Shown: positions 37,629-48,821 of the stretch, in pieces | Numbering within the stretch: position 1 is the stretch's first letter | How the letters are laid out: each line of letters begins with the position of its first letter | DNA from: Dehalococcoidia bacterium | Lineage (GTDB): Bacteria; Chloroflexota; Dehalococcoidia; Plut-88900 | Reading direction: 5' to 3' | DNA length: 64,000 nucleotides | Assembly (NCBI GenBank): GCA_965207225.1 | Contig: CBDBLV010000005.1 | Coordinates: 1,376,001-1,440,000 of the forward strand | Notes under the pieces: model-generated | What the model saw: only the letters and a program-made list of their open reading frames with translations | Told to the model about the DNA's origin: nothing | Database searches by the model: none | Translations under genes and position numbers: made by a program

Positions 37629-38567
37629 ATGACCGCTGAACTAATCGATGGGCGCAAGATAGCTGCAAAAGTAAGGGACGAAGTGCGGAGTGGGGTGCGG
37701 GAACTGAAAAGGACCACCGGCGTAGTCCCCAAACTGGGGGTGGTGATGGTTGGGAATAACGCAGCGTTGGACGTATACGTCAAGACCAAGGAGAAGGCGG
37801 CGCGGGCTGTGGGTATCGAGACTCGAACGGTGAGGCTTGGGGCGGATGTTTCGGAAAAAGAGGTGACGAGTCTGCTGGACTGCCTGAATGAGGACGACTC
37901 GGTCCACGGGGTCCTGGTGCAGTTGCCGTTGCCGGACCACATGGACCCTCTGAGAGTAGCCAGTGTGGTCGATCCCATGAAGGACGTTGACGGATTGCAT
38001 CCGGACAACGTCGGGCTTCTGCTGATAGGGGCGCCGAGGTTCGTGCCATGCACACCGGCCGGGATCCAGAGGATGCTGCTGCAGTCGGGGATGACGACGG
38101 ATGGGAAGCACGTGGTGATCTGTGGCAGGAGCCTGATAGTAGGCAGGCCACTGGCTGCGCTGATGATGCAGAAGCACGCAGAAGCCAATGCAACGGTTAC
38201 CGTTGCCCACACGGGTACGAAGAACCTGGCCGAAGTCACCAGCCAGGCCGATATCCTAGTAGCGGCTATAGACGAGCCTGAAGGCATTACAGTTGAAATG
38301 GTGAAACCCGGGGCGGTGGTCATAGACGTCGGCGTGCATAGATTGGAGGACGGGTCTCGGGAGAAGGGTTACCGTTTGGCGGGTGATGTAGATTTCGAGA
38401 ACGTGAAGGAACGGGCCAGCGCTATCAGCCCGGTTCCCGGGGGCGTGGGGCCCATGACAGTGGCCATGCTGCTGGTCAATACCCTTAAGGCGGCCAGGCT
38501 CGCGGCCAATACGGGAGAAGAGGTGCTCCGTCAACCGATTGATATCAATTTACTGCCGGTAAGATAG
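37629..38567 (+). CDS. folD: Methylene-THF dehydrogenase/cyclohydrolase
   Basis: YVKTK, VQLPLP, KDVDGLHP, PCTP, GDVDF and PVPGGVGPMT motifs. Confidence 0.97.
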   Translation: MTAELIDGRKIAAKVRDEVRSGVRELKRTTGVVPKLGVVMVGNNAALDVYVKTKEKAARAVGIETRTVRLGADVSEKEVTSLLDCLNEDDSVHGVLVQLPLPDHMDPLRVASVVDPMKDVDGLHPDNVGLLLIGAPRFVPCTPAGIQRMLLQSGMTTDGKHVVICGRSLIVGRPLAALMMQKHAEANATVTVAHTGTKNLAEVTSQADILVAAIDEPEGITVEMVKPGAVVIDVGVHRLEDGSREKGYRLAGDVDFENVKERASAISPVPGGVGPMTVAMLLVNTLKAARLAANTGEEVLRQPIDINLLPVR

Positions 38568-38657
38568 CAGGCAATAACCCAGGGGCCGGTAAAACGTTAC
38601 ATAGTAGGGGTCGAGAAAAAACAAGTAGTAAGGAGGAATGCACCAAGGGTTTGTAGT

Positions 38658-38703
38658 ATTGTTTTATAAAACAATTGACAAATTATGCAAATGAGCGTAT
38701 CCT
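38658..38703 (+). promoter_or_regulatory. Promoter and palindromic operator of the sigma factor gene
   Basis: TTGACA-17-TATCCT; perfect 18-bp palindrome ATTGTTTTATAAAACAAT touching the -35 element. Confidence 0.65.
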
Positions 38704-38740
38704 AAGCGTGAATAACCCCGGATAACGGGTTTGCAATGGA

Positions 38741-39784
38741 GTGCAGCATAAGGTCATGAACAAGGAAATGGTAACGACCTACAACATAGAATCGGTGCTG
38801 GAGAGCCTGGACGAAGAAGAGGGCCTCGGTCTGGTAAGCACGGCGGTAGCCGAGGAGACCGAGGACAAGCAGGCCCAGCAGGAACTGGTGGACGAGCCTC
38901 TGAAGGCTTACCTGAAGGAGATAGGCGCCTCGGAGCTTTTGACCTTCGAAGAAGAGAAGGCACTGGCGAGGGCCATCGAATTCGGCGCTGAGGCGAAGGC
39001 GAAACTGGAAGGCGGCGCACCGGACGTCGAAGGCAGGTTGTCGCTGGAGCAGGCTGCGAAGGTAGGTGAGTCGGCGAGGCGTCGGATGACGGAGTCGAAT
39101 CTCCGGCTGGTGGTAAGCATCGCCAAGAAGTACCAGGGCAAGGGGCTGCCGCTCCTGGACCTGATACAGGAGGGCAACCTGGGGCTCCTGAGGGCGGTAG
39201 ACAAGTACGACTACCGTCGGGGGTTTCGGTTCAGCACGTATGCGACCTGGTGGATACGCCAGGGCGTGATGCGGGCCCTTACCGACAAGGGCCACACAAT
39301 CCGGCTGCCGGTGCACCTGAGCGAGACAGCGGCCAAGGTAGAGAAAGCCACGCAGGCGCTGACCCAGGAGCTGGGGAGGCGGCCACAGGGAGAAGAGATA
39401 GCCGAGGCCACCGGAATAGACCAGGCCAAGATCAAGCGGATCATGCGGGCATGGCAGCAGCCGGCCTCGCTGGACCAGCCGCAGGGAAGCGCCGGACTGC
39501 TCCTCGGGAGTACGCTGACAGACAACGATGCTCCCACGCCGGAAGAGACCCTGTCGCAGAACATGCTGAAAGGGCACCTGGACACGATGTTGAGCGAGCT
39601 GAATCCTCGGGAGAGGGAAGTGCTGGAGATGAGGTTCGGCCTCAAGGACGGCATGGAGCACACGCTGAAAGACATCGGGGAGGTGCTGGGGGTTACCCGG
39701 GAGCGGGTCCGGCAGATCCAGAGCGCGGCCGTGGCGAAGCTGAACAGGGAGTCGACAAGGGAGTTGCTGGAGGGTTACCTGTAG
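38741..39784 (+). CDS. Sigma-70 family factor, RpoD-like group 2 paralogue
   Basis: YLKEIG, NLRLVVSIAKKY, DLIQEGN, FSTYATWWIRQ and VTRERVRQI; little or no region 1.1. Confidence 0.93.
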   Translation: MQHKVMNKEMVTTYNIESVLESLDEEEGLGLVSTAVAEETEDKQAQQELVDEPLKAYLKEIGASELLTFEEEKALARAIEFGAEAKAKLEGGAPDVEGRLSLEQAAKVGESARRRMTESNLRLVVSIAKKYQGKGLPLLDLIQEGNLGLLRAVDKYDYRRGFRFSTYATWWIRQGVMRALTDKGHTIRLPVHLSETAAKVEKATQALTQELGRRPQGEEIAEATGIDQAKIKRIMRAWQQPASLDQPQGSAGLLLGSTLTDNDAPTPEETLSQNMLKGHLDTMLSELNPREREVLEMRFGLKDGMEHTLKDIGEVLGVTRERVRQIQSAAVAKLNRESTRELLEGYL

Positions 39785-39918
39785 CAAACCAACCCCGACT
39801 TCCCAAGACCGAAGATAGAAAGGTGAGGGCCAAAAAGCTCTCACCTTTTTGTTTGGGAATTGGTGATTGGCGTGAGTTCGGCGCTTAACCTATAATTTCT
39901 CGCCGTGGGTGCTAAGAG

Positions 39919-41712
39919 TTGTTAAAGACAATAGGGTGTGGTGAACTCAGGGCAGCGGATACAGGCAAGGATGTTACGCTGGCTGGATGGGTGCACCGTC
40001 GGAGGGACCACGGGGGGCTGATATTTATCGACCTTAGGGATAGGTCGGGGGTGGTGCAGGTGGTGCTGAACCCGAAGGAGTCCCCAGAAGCCCACGAAAC
40101 AGGGACACAGTTTCGCAACGAATGGGTGGTGCAGGTGGAAGGTAGGGTCGGGGCGAGGCCCGCGGGCACGGAGAATCCGGACTTGGCGACGGGAGAGATA
40201 GAAGTGGGGGCACGTGTGGTGAAGGTACTGAATCAGTCACGAACGCCGCCGTTCTACGTGAATGAGGAAATAGAGGTTGAAGAAGGGCTCAGGCTCAAGC
40301 ACCGCTACGTTGACCTAAGGCGTCAGAGACTCCAGCGAAACATCGCCCTGCGTCACCGTGCTGTGAAGTACATCCGGGACTTCCTGGATGCTGAGGGTTT
40401 CCTCGAGATCGAGACACCGGTGCTGATAAAGAGCACGCCGGAAGGGGCCCGGGACTACCTGGTGCCGAGCCGTGTGCACCCGGGGAGCTTTTATGCCCTG
40501 CCGCAATCGCCGCAACAGTTGAAGCAGCTGCTCATGGTGTCGGGGTTCGAGCGGTATTTCCAGATAGCGCGGTGCTTCCGGGACGAGGACCAGCGAGCAG
40601 ACCGACAGCCGGAGTTCACCCAGCTGGACCTGGAGATGAGCTTCGTGGACGACGAAGACGTGCTGGACCTGACGGAGGCGTTGTTCACGGGTCTGGTGGA
40701 GTCGGTTACACCGGATTTCGATTTGACCAAACCTTTCCCTCGACTGAACTACGACGAAGTGATGAGGAGGTTCGGTACGGATAAGCCGGACCTTCGATTC
40801 GGGTTGGAATTGGAAGAGATCACGGATGTGGTGAAGGAGTCGGGGTTCAAGGTGTTTCGGTCAGTTGCGGAGAGCGGGGGAATGATAAAGGGGATGCGGG
40901 CGACGGGGTGCTCAGGATACAGCCGGAGGCAGGTGGACGAGTTGACGGAGTTTGCCAAGGAGAGGGGTGCGAAGGGCTTGGTGACGATAGCCTTGCAAGG
41001 GACACCGGACTCGGGGGGATGGTGGGGTGTTGAACAGGTAAGGTCGGCGGTTACGCGCTTTCTGAGCGAGGATGAACTGAATGGAATAATTGGTCGTCTT
41101 GGAGGGGAAACGGGAGACCTGCTTCTGATAGTGGCGGGGGATGAGAAAACGACGAATGCGGCGCTGGCGGCGTTGAGGAACGAGATGGGGCGGAGGCTCG
41201 GGCTGGCTGATCCGAAGAAACTGTCCTTCTTGTTCGTGGTGGACTTCCCGCTGGTGGAGTGGAACGAGGATGAGGGGAGATGGGACTCGACGCATCACCC
41301 GTTCACCTCGCCTCGGGAGCAAGATATCGGGTTGATGGACTCTGAGCCGGGTCGGGTGCGGGCGCGGTGCTACGATATGGTGTGCAACGGGCAGGAGCTG
41401 GCCAGCGGCAGCATACGGATACACGATAGAGAACTGCAGCAGAAGGTGTTCAAGCTGTTGGACTACGACGAAGAAGAGGCACAGTCGCGGTTCGGGCACC
41501 TGCTGGAGGCGTTCGAATACGGGGCACCGCCGCACGGGGGCATTGCCCCGGGTATCGACCGGCTGGTAGCGATCCTTGCCGGAGAAGAGAGCATCCGGGA
41601 GGTGATTGCCTTTCCCAAGAACCAGAGTGCAGTGGACGTAATGACGGATGCGCCCGCGCCCGTGAGCCCGAACCAACTGAGGGATCTGCACCTGAGGATT
41701 GTGCCAGAGTGA
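39919..41712 (+). CDS. aspS: Aspartate-tRNA ligase (probably non-discriminating)
   Basis: [31 protein letters not shown] and PPHGG motifs. Confidence 0.98.
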   Translation: MLKTIGCGELRAADTGKDVTLAGWVHRRRDHGGLIFIDLRDRSGVVQVVLNPKESPEAHETGTQFRNEWVVQVEGRVGARPAGTENPDLATGEIEVGARVVKVLNQSRTPPFYVNEEIEVEEGLRLKHRYVDLRRQRLQRNIALRHRAVKYIRDFLDAEGFLEIETPVLIKSTPEGARDYLVPSRVHPGSFYALPQSPQQLKQLLMVSGFERYFQIARCFRDEDQRADRQPEFTQLDLEMSFVDDEDVLDLTEALFTGLVESVTPDFDLTKPFPRLNYDEVMRRFGTDKPDLRFGLELEEITDVVKESGFKVFRSVAESGGMIKGMRATGCSGYSRRQVDELTEFAKERGAKGLVTIALQGTPDSGGWWGVEQVRSAVTRFLSEDELNGIIGRLGGETGDLLLIVAGDEKTTNAALAALRNEMGRRLGLADPKKLSFLFVVDFPLVEWNEDEGRWDSTHHPFTSPREQDIGLMDSEPGRVRARCYDMVCNGQELASGSIRIHDRELQQKVFKLLDYDEEEAQSRFGHLLEAFEYGAPPHGGIAPGIDRLVAILAGEESIREVIAFPKNQSAVDVMTDAPAPVSPNQLRDLHLRIVPE

Positions 41713-41750
41713 TGGGACTCGGGGGGAGGGGCGTTGTCGGGGGTGGGCTG

Positions 41751-41759
41751 TGCTATAAT
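41751..41759 (+). promoter_or_regulatory. Extended -10 promoter of tig-clpP-clpX
   Basis: TGCTATAAT 50 nt upstream of tig. Confidence 0.55.
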
Positions 41760-41808
41760 TTTCACGAACGGAAGCTTAGCATTTCCGTCGCCAAGGGAGT
41801 TCTCCACC

Positions 41809-43152
41809 TTGAAAGTCACCAGCGAAAAACTACCCGAAAGCCGCGTTCTTCTCACCATCGAGGTGGAGGGCGACGAGCTTGAAGGTACGTTAAAGAAGAC
41901 GTACAAGAGCCTGGCGCAGCGGGTACGGGTGCCGGGATTCAGACCGGGGAAGGCCCCGAGGGCCATCATCCAGAACTTCGTAGGCAAGGAAGCGGTAATC
42001 AACGAGGCGCTGCAAGACCTGGCGCCTGAACTGGTCGAAAAGGCAATCGAGGAGCAGGACCTGGAGGTGATCGATACGCCCGACGTGGAGTTCGAGCCAC
42101 GGGAGCCGGCGGTAATCAAGGCTACGGTGCCCCTGAAGCCCACGGTGGAGCTGGGAGACTACAAGTCGATACGGGTAAAGCCGGACCCGGTAGAGATAAC
42201 TCCGGAGCAGGTGGAAGAGGCGATGGAGTCTGTGAGGCAGAGGAACGCACCGTGGGAGCAGGTGGAGAGGGCGGCAGAGTTCGGGGACCTGTTGACGATA
42301 GATGTGGATGGTCGGGTGGATGGGGAGTCGGTGATCAGTGAGTCGGGGTCTCCGTACCAGCCCAACCCGGATATGGACTTCCCTGTGCCCGGATTTTCGC
42401 AGCAGTTGGAGGGCATGGGCAAGGGAGAGTCCAAGGAGTTCGCCCTGATGCTTCCAGACGATTTCAGACAGGAAGAGATCGCCGGAAAAGAGTGTGAGTT
42501 CAAAGTCACGGTGCAGGAAGTCAAGGCCAAACTGCCGGGGACTGTGGACGAAGAGTTTGTAAAGGGGTTGGACGGGGACTACGAAGACCTGGCCGACTTC
42601 CGTGCGAAGACTGTCGAGGCGCTGGAGGAGCAGGCCAAACAGCTGTCGGACCGCAAGTTCGAGGAAGAGCTGATGCAGGCTCTCAAGGAGAAGGCTAGCA
42701 TCGAGGCGCCCCCCAATCTGACGGAGCGGGAGATCGACCACATGATAGTGGACGAGGCACGGGCCATCGCGCAGGCCGGGCTCGAGTTTGGGAACTATCT
42801 CCGGGCCATCGGTCAGACGCCGGAAGGGCTCAGGGATGCGAGACGGGAGTCGGCGGAGAGCCGGGTCACGACGTCGCTCATTCTCAACAAGCTGGCGGAG
42901 GAGGAGGAGATTGAGGCGAGTGAAGAGGAGATAGAAGAAGAAATCAGAGAGGCCGAGGCCCAGGCCGATGCGGCAGACCCGGAGATGTTGGAACGGCTGC
43001 ACAGCGATGAAGTTAGGGGCAACCTCGGGAATCGGATCAGGCTGAGAAAAGCCGTTGAACGCATGAAAGAGATCGCCCAGCAGGGCCCGGCGCTTGCGGT
43101 GTCGGGGGCCGGGGCAGTGAATGAAAACGAGGAGAAAGATGCGACCGGATAA
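41809..43152 (+). CDS. tig: Trigger factor
   Basis: PGFRPGKAP signature; tig-clpP-clpX order; TTG start. Confidence 0.96.
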   Translation: MKVTSEKLPESRVLLTIEVEGDELEGTLKKTYKSLAQRVRVPGFRPGKAPRAIIQNFVGKEAVINEALQDLAPELVEKAIEEQDLEVIDTPDVEFEPREPAVIKATVPLKPTVELGDYKSIRVKPDPVEITPEQVEEAMESVRQRNAPWEQVERAAEFGDLLTIDVDGRVDGESVISESGSPYQPNPDMDFPVPGFSQQLEGMGKGESKEFALMLPDDFRQEEIAGKECEFKVTVQEVKAKLPGTVDEEFVKGLDGDYEDLADFRAKTVEALEEQAKQLSDRKFEEELMQALKEKASIEAPPNLTEREIDHMIVDEARAIAQAGLEFGNYLRAIGQTPEGLRDARRESAESRVTTSLILNKLAEEEEIEASEEEIEEEIREAEAQADAADPEMLERLHSDEVRGNLGNRIRLRKAVERMKEIAQQGPALAVSGAGAVNENEEKDATG

Positions 43153-43768
43153 CGTGATACCGATGATAATCGAGAGCGGCGCCCGGGGGGACAGGGCGTT
43201 CGACATCTATTCGCTGCTGTTGAAAGAGCGGATCGTATTCCTGGGCACACCGATCACGGACCACGTGGCCAATCTGATCGTAGCTCAGCTCCTTTACCTG
43301 GAGCGGGAAGACCCGGACAAGGACATCAACCTGTACATCAACTCGCCTGGTGGCGTGATCAGCGCCGGGCTGGCGATTTACGACACGATGAGGCTGGTAC
43401 AATGCGACGTGTCCACGATATGCGTCGGGATGACTGCGAGCATGGGCACGGTGCTGCTGAGCGGGGGCAAGGCCGGCAAAAGGTTCGCATTGCCCAACTC
43501 CACGATACACATGCACCAGCCGATGGGCGGAGCACAAGGACAGGCGTCCGACATCGAGATTGCGGCGAAAGAGATACTGAGGCTTCAGGACAAGCTGAGG
43601 AATATCCTGGCGGACAACACGGGCCAGGACTACGAGAAGATAGCCAGGGACACGGATCGGGACATCTACCTTAGCGCGGACGAAGCTAGAGACTACGGAT
43701 TGGTTGACAAAGTGGTGGGCTCGGTGGAAGAAGCGAAGGAAGAGGCTAAAGAGGAGAGCGCCGAGTGA
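43139..43768 (+). CDS. clpP: ATP-dependent Clp protease proteolytic subunit
   Basis: [25 protein letters not shown] and DRD motifs. Confidence 0.97.
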   Translation: MRPDNVIPMIIESGARGDRAFDIYSLLLKERIVFLGTPITDHVANLIVAQLLYLEREDPDKDINLYINSPGGVISAGLAIYDTMRLVQCDVSTICVGMTASMGTVLLSGGKAGKRFALPNSTIHMHQPMGGAQGQASDIEIAAKEILRLQDKLRNILADNTGQDYEKIARDTDRDIYLSADEARDYGLVDKVVGSVEEAKEEAKEESAE

Positions 43769-43798
43769 TATGGGCCGCGGGGCCCGGGCTGAGACTGA

Positions 43799-45124
43799 AT
43801 GCCCGACGAAAGAGACGGAAAACCGAGCTACGCCTGCTCCTTCTGTTCCAAGAGTCCTCCTGACGTAAAGAAGCTGATTGGGGGGCAGGCCGAGACTTAC
43901 ATCTGCGACAACTGCGTGGCGCTATGCCAGCAGCTGATAGACGAAGATCGCAGTTCGGCGGGCAAGGATCTGGGGCCGGAGCAGATGCTGACTCCCCGGG
44001 AGCTCTACGACAAGCTGAGCGAATACGTCATCGGTCAGTCCCGGGCCAAGAAAGTCCTGAGCGTAGCGGTATACAACCACTACAAGAGGATAAGCAACAG
44101 GGGGTCGGGTGGGGAGGTGGAGCTGGACAAGACCAACATCCTGCTGGTGGGGCCCACTGGATGCGGCAAGACCCTGTTGGCCCAGACCCTTGCCAAGATC
44201 CTGCAGGTGCCCTTCGCTATCGCCGATGCGACGACCCTCACAGAGGCAGGGTATGTTGGCGAAGACGTCGAGAATATCCTGCTGAGGATAATACAGGCGG
44301 CGGACTATGACGTCGGGCGGGCGCAGCGGGGCATTATTTATATCGACGAGATAGACAAGATATCCCGGAAGAGCGAGAACCCTTCGATCACGAGGGATGT
44401 GTCGGGAGAGGGGGTGCAGCAGGCGCTGCTGAAGGTGATAGAGGGGTGCATTGCCAATGTGCCGCCACAGGGAGGCCGAAAGCACCCGCACCAGGAATAT
44501 ATCCAGCTTGACACGTCAAACATTCTGTTTATCTGCGGTGGTGCGTTCGATGGGCTGGAGGAGCTTATAGAGCAGCGGGTGAAGAGAGACGTGATAAACA
44601 TGGGGTTTACCTCGGCGGTGCGAGGGCAAAGAGGGTCAGAAGAGTTGCTCAACCAGCTGGAGCCCGAGGACCTGCTGAAGTTCGGACTGATACCCGAGCT
44701 CATTGGTCGGCTGCCGGTGATGGCGGCAGTGGGAGCTTTGGACAAGAAATCGCTAATTTCTGTGCTGACGCAACCAAAGAACGCGCTTGTGAAACAATAC
44801 GAGCGGATATTCGAGCTGGACGGGGTGGAGCTGGAGTTCACGAAGGCGGCCCTGGGACGGGCGGCGGATATGGCGATAAGGCTAAAGACCGGGGCCAGGG
44901 GCTTGAGGTCCATATTAGAAGAGGCGCTCATGGAGGCGATGTACCATGCGCCTTCGATCCCAGACGTGGTGAAGTGTTATGTGGATGAACAAGCGATGGC
45001 AGGAAAGAGGTCGGCTACGCTGATAACGTCGGATGGCAGGGTGCTTGAAGCGAGGGCGGACTTGGATGACATGGGTTCGGGGCTGAGGCTGGACACGGGG
45101 CTCGAGGAAGAGAAGACTGCCTGA
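43799..45124 (+). CDS. clpX: ATP-dependent Clp protease ATP-binding subunit
   Basis: C4 zinc finger; [26 protein letters not shown] and RKH motifs. Confidence 0.98.
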   Translation: MPDERDGKPSYACSFCSKSPPDVKKLIGGQAETYICDNCVALCQQLIDEDRSSAGKDLGPEQMLTPRELYDKLSEYVIGQSRAKKVLSVAVYNHYKRISNRGSGGEVELDKTNILLVGPTGCGKTLLAQTLAKILQVPFAIADATTLTEAGYVGEDVENILLRIIQAADYDVGRAQRGIIYIDEIDKISRKSENPSITRDVSGEGVQQALLKVIEGCIANVPPQGGRKHPHQEYIQLDTSNILFICGGAFDGLEELIEQRVKRDVINMGFTSAVRGQRGSEELLNQLEPEDLLKFGLIPELIGRLPVMAAVGALDKKSLISVLTQPKNALVKQYERIFELDGVELEFTKAALGRAADMAIRLKTGARGLRSILEEALMEAMYHAPSIPDVVKCYVDEQAMAGKRSATLITSDGRVLEARADLDDMGSGLRLDTGLEEEKTA

Positions 45125-45143
45125 AGAAAAGGGGGGAGGGGTT

Positions 45144-45944
45144 ATGAGTGAAGATATCAAGTCTCATCTTTTGGTCGAGAAGAAGAGCCGCATAGCTTAC
45201 GTGACGTTGAACCGGCCCGAGAGGTTGAACGCGCTCACGGATGCACACTGGAAACAGCTGGCCGATGCGTGGAGGGACCTGGATGACGACCCCGATGTGT
45301 GGGTGATCATCATCACCGGGTCTGGGGAGCGTGCTTTCTGCACGGGCCAGGACCTGAAGGACGTGGCGACCACGGGCCCCGAGGCCTGGGCGGGTGAGTA
45401 CTCGGTGAACAACCCTCCCGGACTGCCGCACGTCTACGAGATGTATATCTCCACGCCGGCCATAGCCGCAATTAACGGGTTCTGCATAGCAGGGGGCCTG
45501 GAAATAGCACTGAGCTGCGACATAAGGGTGGCGGCAGAACATGCACAGTTCGGGTTGCAGGAGGTGAGGTGGGGAATCATCCCCAGCGGCGGTGGAGTTG
45601 ACAGGCTGCCGAGGGCGATGCCCATGTGCATAGCCATGGAGCTGTTGTTGACGGGGTCGAGGATAGACGCTCAGGAAGCGTACAGGACCGGACTGATAAA
45701 CCGGGTGGTGCCTGCCGACCAGGTGATGTCCACGGCGGAGGAGATCGCGGAGAAGATTTGCCAAAATGGCCCGCTGGCCGTGCGGGCGATAAAGGAAGCA
45801 GTCCTGCGGGGCTACAACCTGACGATGCCCCAGGCATTCCAGTTCGAAAAGGTCTTCAGCAGTATTCTGAACACCACTGAAGACTCAGTGGAAGGGCCCC
45901 TGGCTTTTTCTGAAAAACGACAGCCGCAGTTCAAGGGCCGTTAA
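45144..45944 (+). CDS. Enoyl-CoA hydratase/isomerase
   Basis: LNRPERLNA, FCTGQDL, AGGLE.AL.CD and FGLQE motifs. Confidence 0.93.
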   Translation: MSEDIKSHLLVEKKSRIAYVTLNRPERLNALTDAHWKQLADAWRDLDDDPDVWVIIITGSGERAFCTGQDLKDVATTGPEAWAGEYSVNNPPGLPHVYEMYISTPAIAAINGFCIAGGLEIALSCDIRVAAEHAQFGLQEVRWGIIPSGGGVDRLPRAMPMCIAMELLLTGSRIDAQEAYRTGLINRVVPADQVMSTAEEIAEKICQNGPLAVRAIKEAVLRGYNLTMPQAFQFEKVFSSILNTTEDSVEGPLAFSEKRQPQFKGR

Positions 45945-46000
45945 AGAGGGGACTGGCGGGCAAGGGCCGACCACTGAGGAAGTTCGACTCGGAGAAAGCT

Positions 46001-46786
46001 ATGTCGCAGGTAATTTTCGAAAAGAAGGGCCGGATAGCCTACGTCACGATCAACCGGCCGGAAAAGATGAACGCCCTTAACAACGAGGTTGTAACCGGAC
46101 TGAATGCGGCGTGGCATGAGATTGAGAACGACACCGAGATCTGGTGCACGATAGTCACGGGCGCCGGGGGCAGGGCGTTTTCGGCGGGGGCGGACCTGAA
46201 AGAGATGTCCGACCGGCGGAAGGGGGACGGCAAAGGCGAAGGGATCCTGGCCGAGGTGCGCGCCTCAGGGTTCTGGCGCACTAGCGACCTGACCAAGCCG
46301 GTTATTGCGGCAGTGGACGGCTATTGCCTGGCGGGAGGTTTGGAACTTGCCCTGGCGTGTGACTTCATAATTGCCTCGGATCGGTCCCATTTTGGGTTGT
46401 CGGAAGTGTTAAGGGCGATCATCCCGGGTGGTGGTGGGACTCAAAGGCTGCCCCGGTCGATGCCCTTCCGCCGGGCCTTGGAGGTGCTGCTTACGGGAGA
46501 CCGGCTCAATGCACAGCAGGCCTATGACCTGGGTCTCGTCAACCGCGTGGTGAAGCCCGAGGAAGTGATGTCGACAGCCGAGGAGCTGGCTAACAAGATA
46601 AACGGCAACGGCCCGCTGGCTGTGAGAGCGATCAAGCAGCTGGCTTACCAGGGAATCGATATGCCCCTAGAGCAAGGGCTTCGGTTGGAGGAGTTGGTGT
46701 CGCAGAGGATCCACAAAACGGAGGACTCGAAGGAAGGGCCCCTGGCTTTTGTGGAGAAGAGGAAGCCGAACTATAAGGGTAGGTAA
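46001..46786 (+). CDS. Enoyl-CoA hydratase/isomerase (tandem paralogue)
   Basis: INRPEKMNA, FSAGADL and AGGLELALACD motifs. Confidence 0.93.
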   Translation: MSQVIFEKKGRIAYVTINRPEKMNALNNEVVTGLNAAWHEIENDTEIWCTIVTGAGGRAFSAGADLKEMSDRRKGDGKGEGILAEVRASGFWRTSDLTKPVIAAVDGYCLAGGLELALACDFIIASDRSHFGLSEVLRAIIPGGGGTQRLPRSMPFRRALEVLLTGDRLNAQQAYDLGLVNRVVKPEEVMSTAEELANKINGNGPLAVRAIKQLAYQGIDMPLEQGLRLEELVSQRIHKTEDSKEGPLAFVEKRKPNYKGR

Positions 46787-46823
46787 GTTCGGATCAGACC
46801 TTGCCGGCTAGTTGACTCAGTAC

Positions 46824-46909
46824 TCCCTCCTCCCCAAGGAAAAATAAATTGATATGCCCAAAATGCATTGCATTTTGGGCATATTCTTTCCCAGGGGGAG
46901 TGGGAGGGA
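46824..46909. terminator. Large hairpin between convergent genes
   Basis: Perfect 16-bp inverted repeat ATATGCCCAAAATGCA-T-TGCATTTTGGGCATAT inside TCCCTCC..GGAGGGA arms. Confidence 0.55.
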
Positions 46910-46930
46910 ATAAGAATGAATCAGGTGGAA

Positions 46931-47701
46931 CTAAGCGGGTAAGATAGAGGACTCGATCTGGGGGGTGAGGTCCTGGGGTGGGATGTCCGTCGATAGTGTG
47001 ATAGCACCACGGGAGAAGGTGGCGAGGGTCTCGACGAGGAGGGGTAGTTCACGCTTAACGCCCTCGGCTCGGATGGCCTGGAAGAGGGGCAGGTCTTCAC
47101 CGAGAGTGTTTCGGAGGTCTTCAGCTGAGGCTTCGCCGATGGCATTCCAATGACGGTCAAAGGCCTTGCCGCGTATGGGGTATTGGCAGTAGGCGATGGT
47201 AGGGCCCTGGTCAAGTTCCTCGGTGACGAGGTGGATTTTGACACCGCTATAGGTCGCCCGTTGCTCGATTAGACGCCAGATTACTTCTTGCCATGTGCCG
47301 TCGGGGCCGTCGGGGGCGGCGGGGTGAAGGTTGATCATGGGAAACCTGCGGCAAAGGGCAGGGCTAATGATGAGCATGTAGCCGGCTAGGACGCATAGGT
47401 CGGGGGATAAGGGTGCGAGGAGGTCGGCGACTTGGGCATCGTAGGCGGCGCGCCATTGAGACAGGTCTCCGGTCCACTGACGTCGGAAGGCCTTGGAAGA
47501 GTGGTGCACGACCGGGAGGTCGAGGGAGTTGGTGAGGGCGAAGAACTGATCGCTGCCTTCGTGTTCGCTTGGTGCCCGATTAGAGAAAACGAATCGAATC
47601 CTAGCGTCGATTCGGTTGTTCAGTATAGCCTGATGAACGGTGGAGAGGAGGGCACGGGAGCCGGGCCCCCGGCCCGTGGAGAACCAGCCGAGGTTGAGCA
47701 T
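46931..47701 (-). CDS. purN: Phosphoribosylglycinamide formyltransferase-like protein
   Basis: STGRG, FSNR, LAGYM, INLHP and H.VTEELDQGP motifs. Confidence 0.8.
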   Translation of the reverse strand: MLNLGWFSTGRGPGSRALLSTVHQAILNNRIDARIRFVFSNRAPSEHEGSDQFFALTNSLDLPVVHHSSKAFRRQWTGDLSQWRAAYDAQVADLLAPLSPDLCVLAGYMLIISPALCRRFPMINLHPAAPDGPDGTWQEVIWRLIEQRATYSGVKIHLVTEELDQGPTIAYCQYPIRGKAFDRHWNAIGEASAEDLRNTLGEDLPLFQAIRAEGVKRELPLLVETLATFSRGAITLSTDIPPQDLTPQIESSILPA

Positions 47702-47720
47702 GGGTGGCGTGGAGGGCCAG

Positions 47721-48032
47721 CTAGCCTTCTACGACTTCACTGATGATTGCCGTGGGCATGCCCGGGGAGTAGTAGTTGGGCACGTCTCCTATCACCTTGG
47801 GGACGGTGCTATCGTTCATTCCCGCGGCGCGCTTCTCCTCGCTCTCAAAGTAAAGGTAGCCGATGCAGTGGATGGGGGAGTCGCCGCCGGCTGCGTCGCT
47901 GACTACGTTGTCGACATCCCACTTGAAGGCGCCGAACTCGGCGGCGGCCATAGGCATGTGGGTCTTCAGGTAATAGTTGAGGTCGAAGGTGCTGTCCTCG
48001 GTCCTGTTGTAGATGATCGCCATCCGGATCAT
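47721..48032 (-). CDS. EthD family protein
   Basis: FD..YY..THMP and DVPNY motifs. Confidence 0.8.
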   Translation of the reverse strand: MIRMAIIYNRTEDSTFDLNYYLKTHMPMAAAEFGAFKWDVDNVVSDAAGGDSPIHCIGYLYFESEEKRAAGMNDSTVPKVIGDVPNYYSPGMPTAIISEVVEG

Positions 48033-48047
48033 GTCAGCCGCCTTTCT

Positions 48048-48686
48048 CTACTCCCAGATCTCGACTTTAAGACGCTTGTTGCCCTGTTCGTCTCCTTCGC
48101 CGTTGACAAAGGAGACGTCCCCGGCCGGGCAAGCGGAAAGCCCGACGAGGCAGTCCATTTCGGCGCGCATGTCTATGTAACCGCCCTTGCCTGCTACCGG
48201 GCCGTGGATGTGGTAGCGACCATCATCGTCGTAAGAGACGTTCATGAACATGTTGAATACGTCGGGAACATCATCGGGGGTGATGCCGTGGGGTTCAAGG
48301 GCCTCAACGAGATTCATGAAACAGCTGCGGTGACCACCCTCGATATTCCAGACCTTGTAGCGCTGGGGGGTGCATTTGGCTCCGCATAACATCCAGTGGG
48401 TGCCCACCGTGTCTCCAACTGTGGTAAACATTACGTTCATGTTAGGGGGTCGGGAGTAGAAGTCGCGTACGGCCTTTGCGCCACCGGTGCCCTGGGCGCT
48501 GTTCATGATGAAGGTGTGGGAGGAGTCGTAATGCTCCTTGAAGTTGTTGGCGTTGAAGGCTGTCCAGTCCCCGACCTGGGGGCCGTCGATCATTATGACC
48601 CGCTGGACCTGGCCTTTCTTGACGTAGTAGGCGGCACCGTATTCGGCTTCGACCATGATTTCCTGTACAAGCTTGCGGCCTTCCAT
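48048..48686 (-). CDS. DUF1989 (urea carboxylase-associated) family protein
   Basis: GPQVGD, DTVGTH...C, HRSCFMNL, FNMFMN, RAEMD and SACP motifs. Confidence 0.87.
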   Translation of the reverse strand: MEGRKLVQEIMVEAEYGAAYYVKKGQVQRVIMIDGPQVGDWTAFNANNFKEHYDSSHTFIMNSAQGTGGAKAVRDFYSRPPNMNVMFTTVGDTVGTHWMLCGAKCTPQRYKVWNIEGGHRSCFMNLVEALEPHGITPDDVPDVFNMFMNVSYDDDGRYHIHGPVAGKGGYIDMRAEMDCLVGLSACPAGDVSFVNGEGDEQGNKRLKVEIWE

Positions 48687-48760
48687 TTCTCTCCTCCTTT
48701 CACAAGAACATCGTGAAGCTCAGTGTCCCGGTTTACGCTAGAGGATTGAATGTGTCCAGA

Positions 48761-48798
48761 CCCCACCCCTGATTCCTTGCGGGGCATCGGAATCACAT
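48761..48798. repeat. REP-like palindrome, GATTCC-N-GGAAT family
   Basis: Near-identical to 15343-15380; lies downstream of efp. Confidence 0.75.
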
Positions 48799-48821
48799 TG
48801 GGGCAAAGGTCACTTCATAGA

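Noticed and set aside
38638-38694. 18-aa ORF after AGGAGG upstream of the sigma gene
   Set aside because: Ribosome-binding site spacing is only 1 nt and the ORF overlaps the promoter/operator
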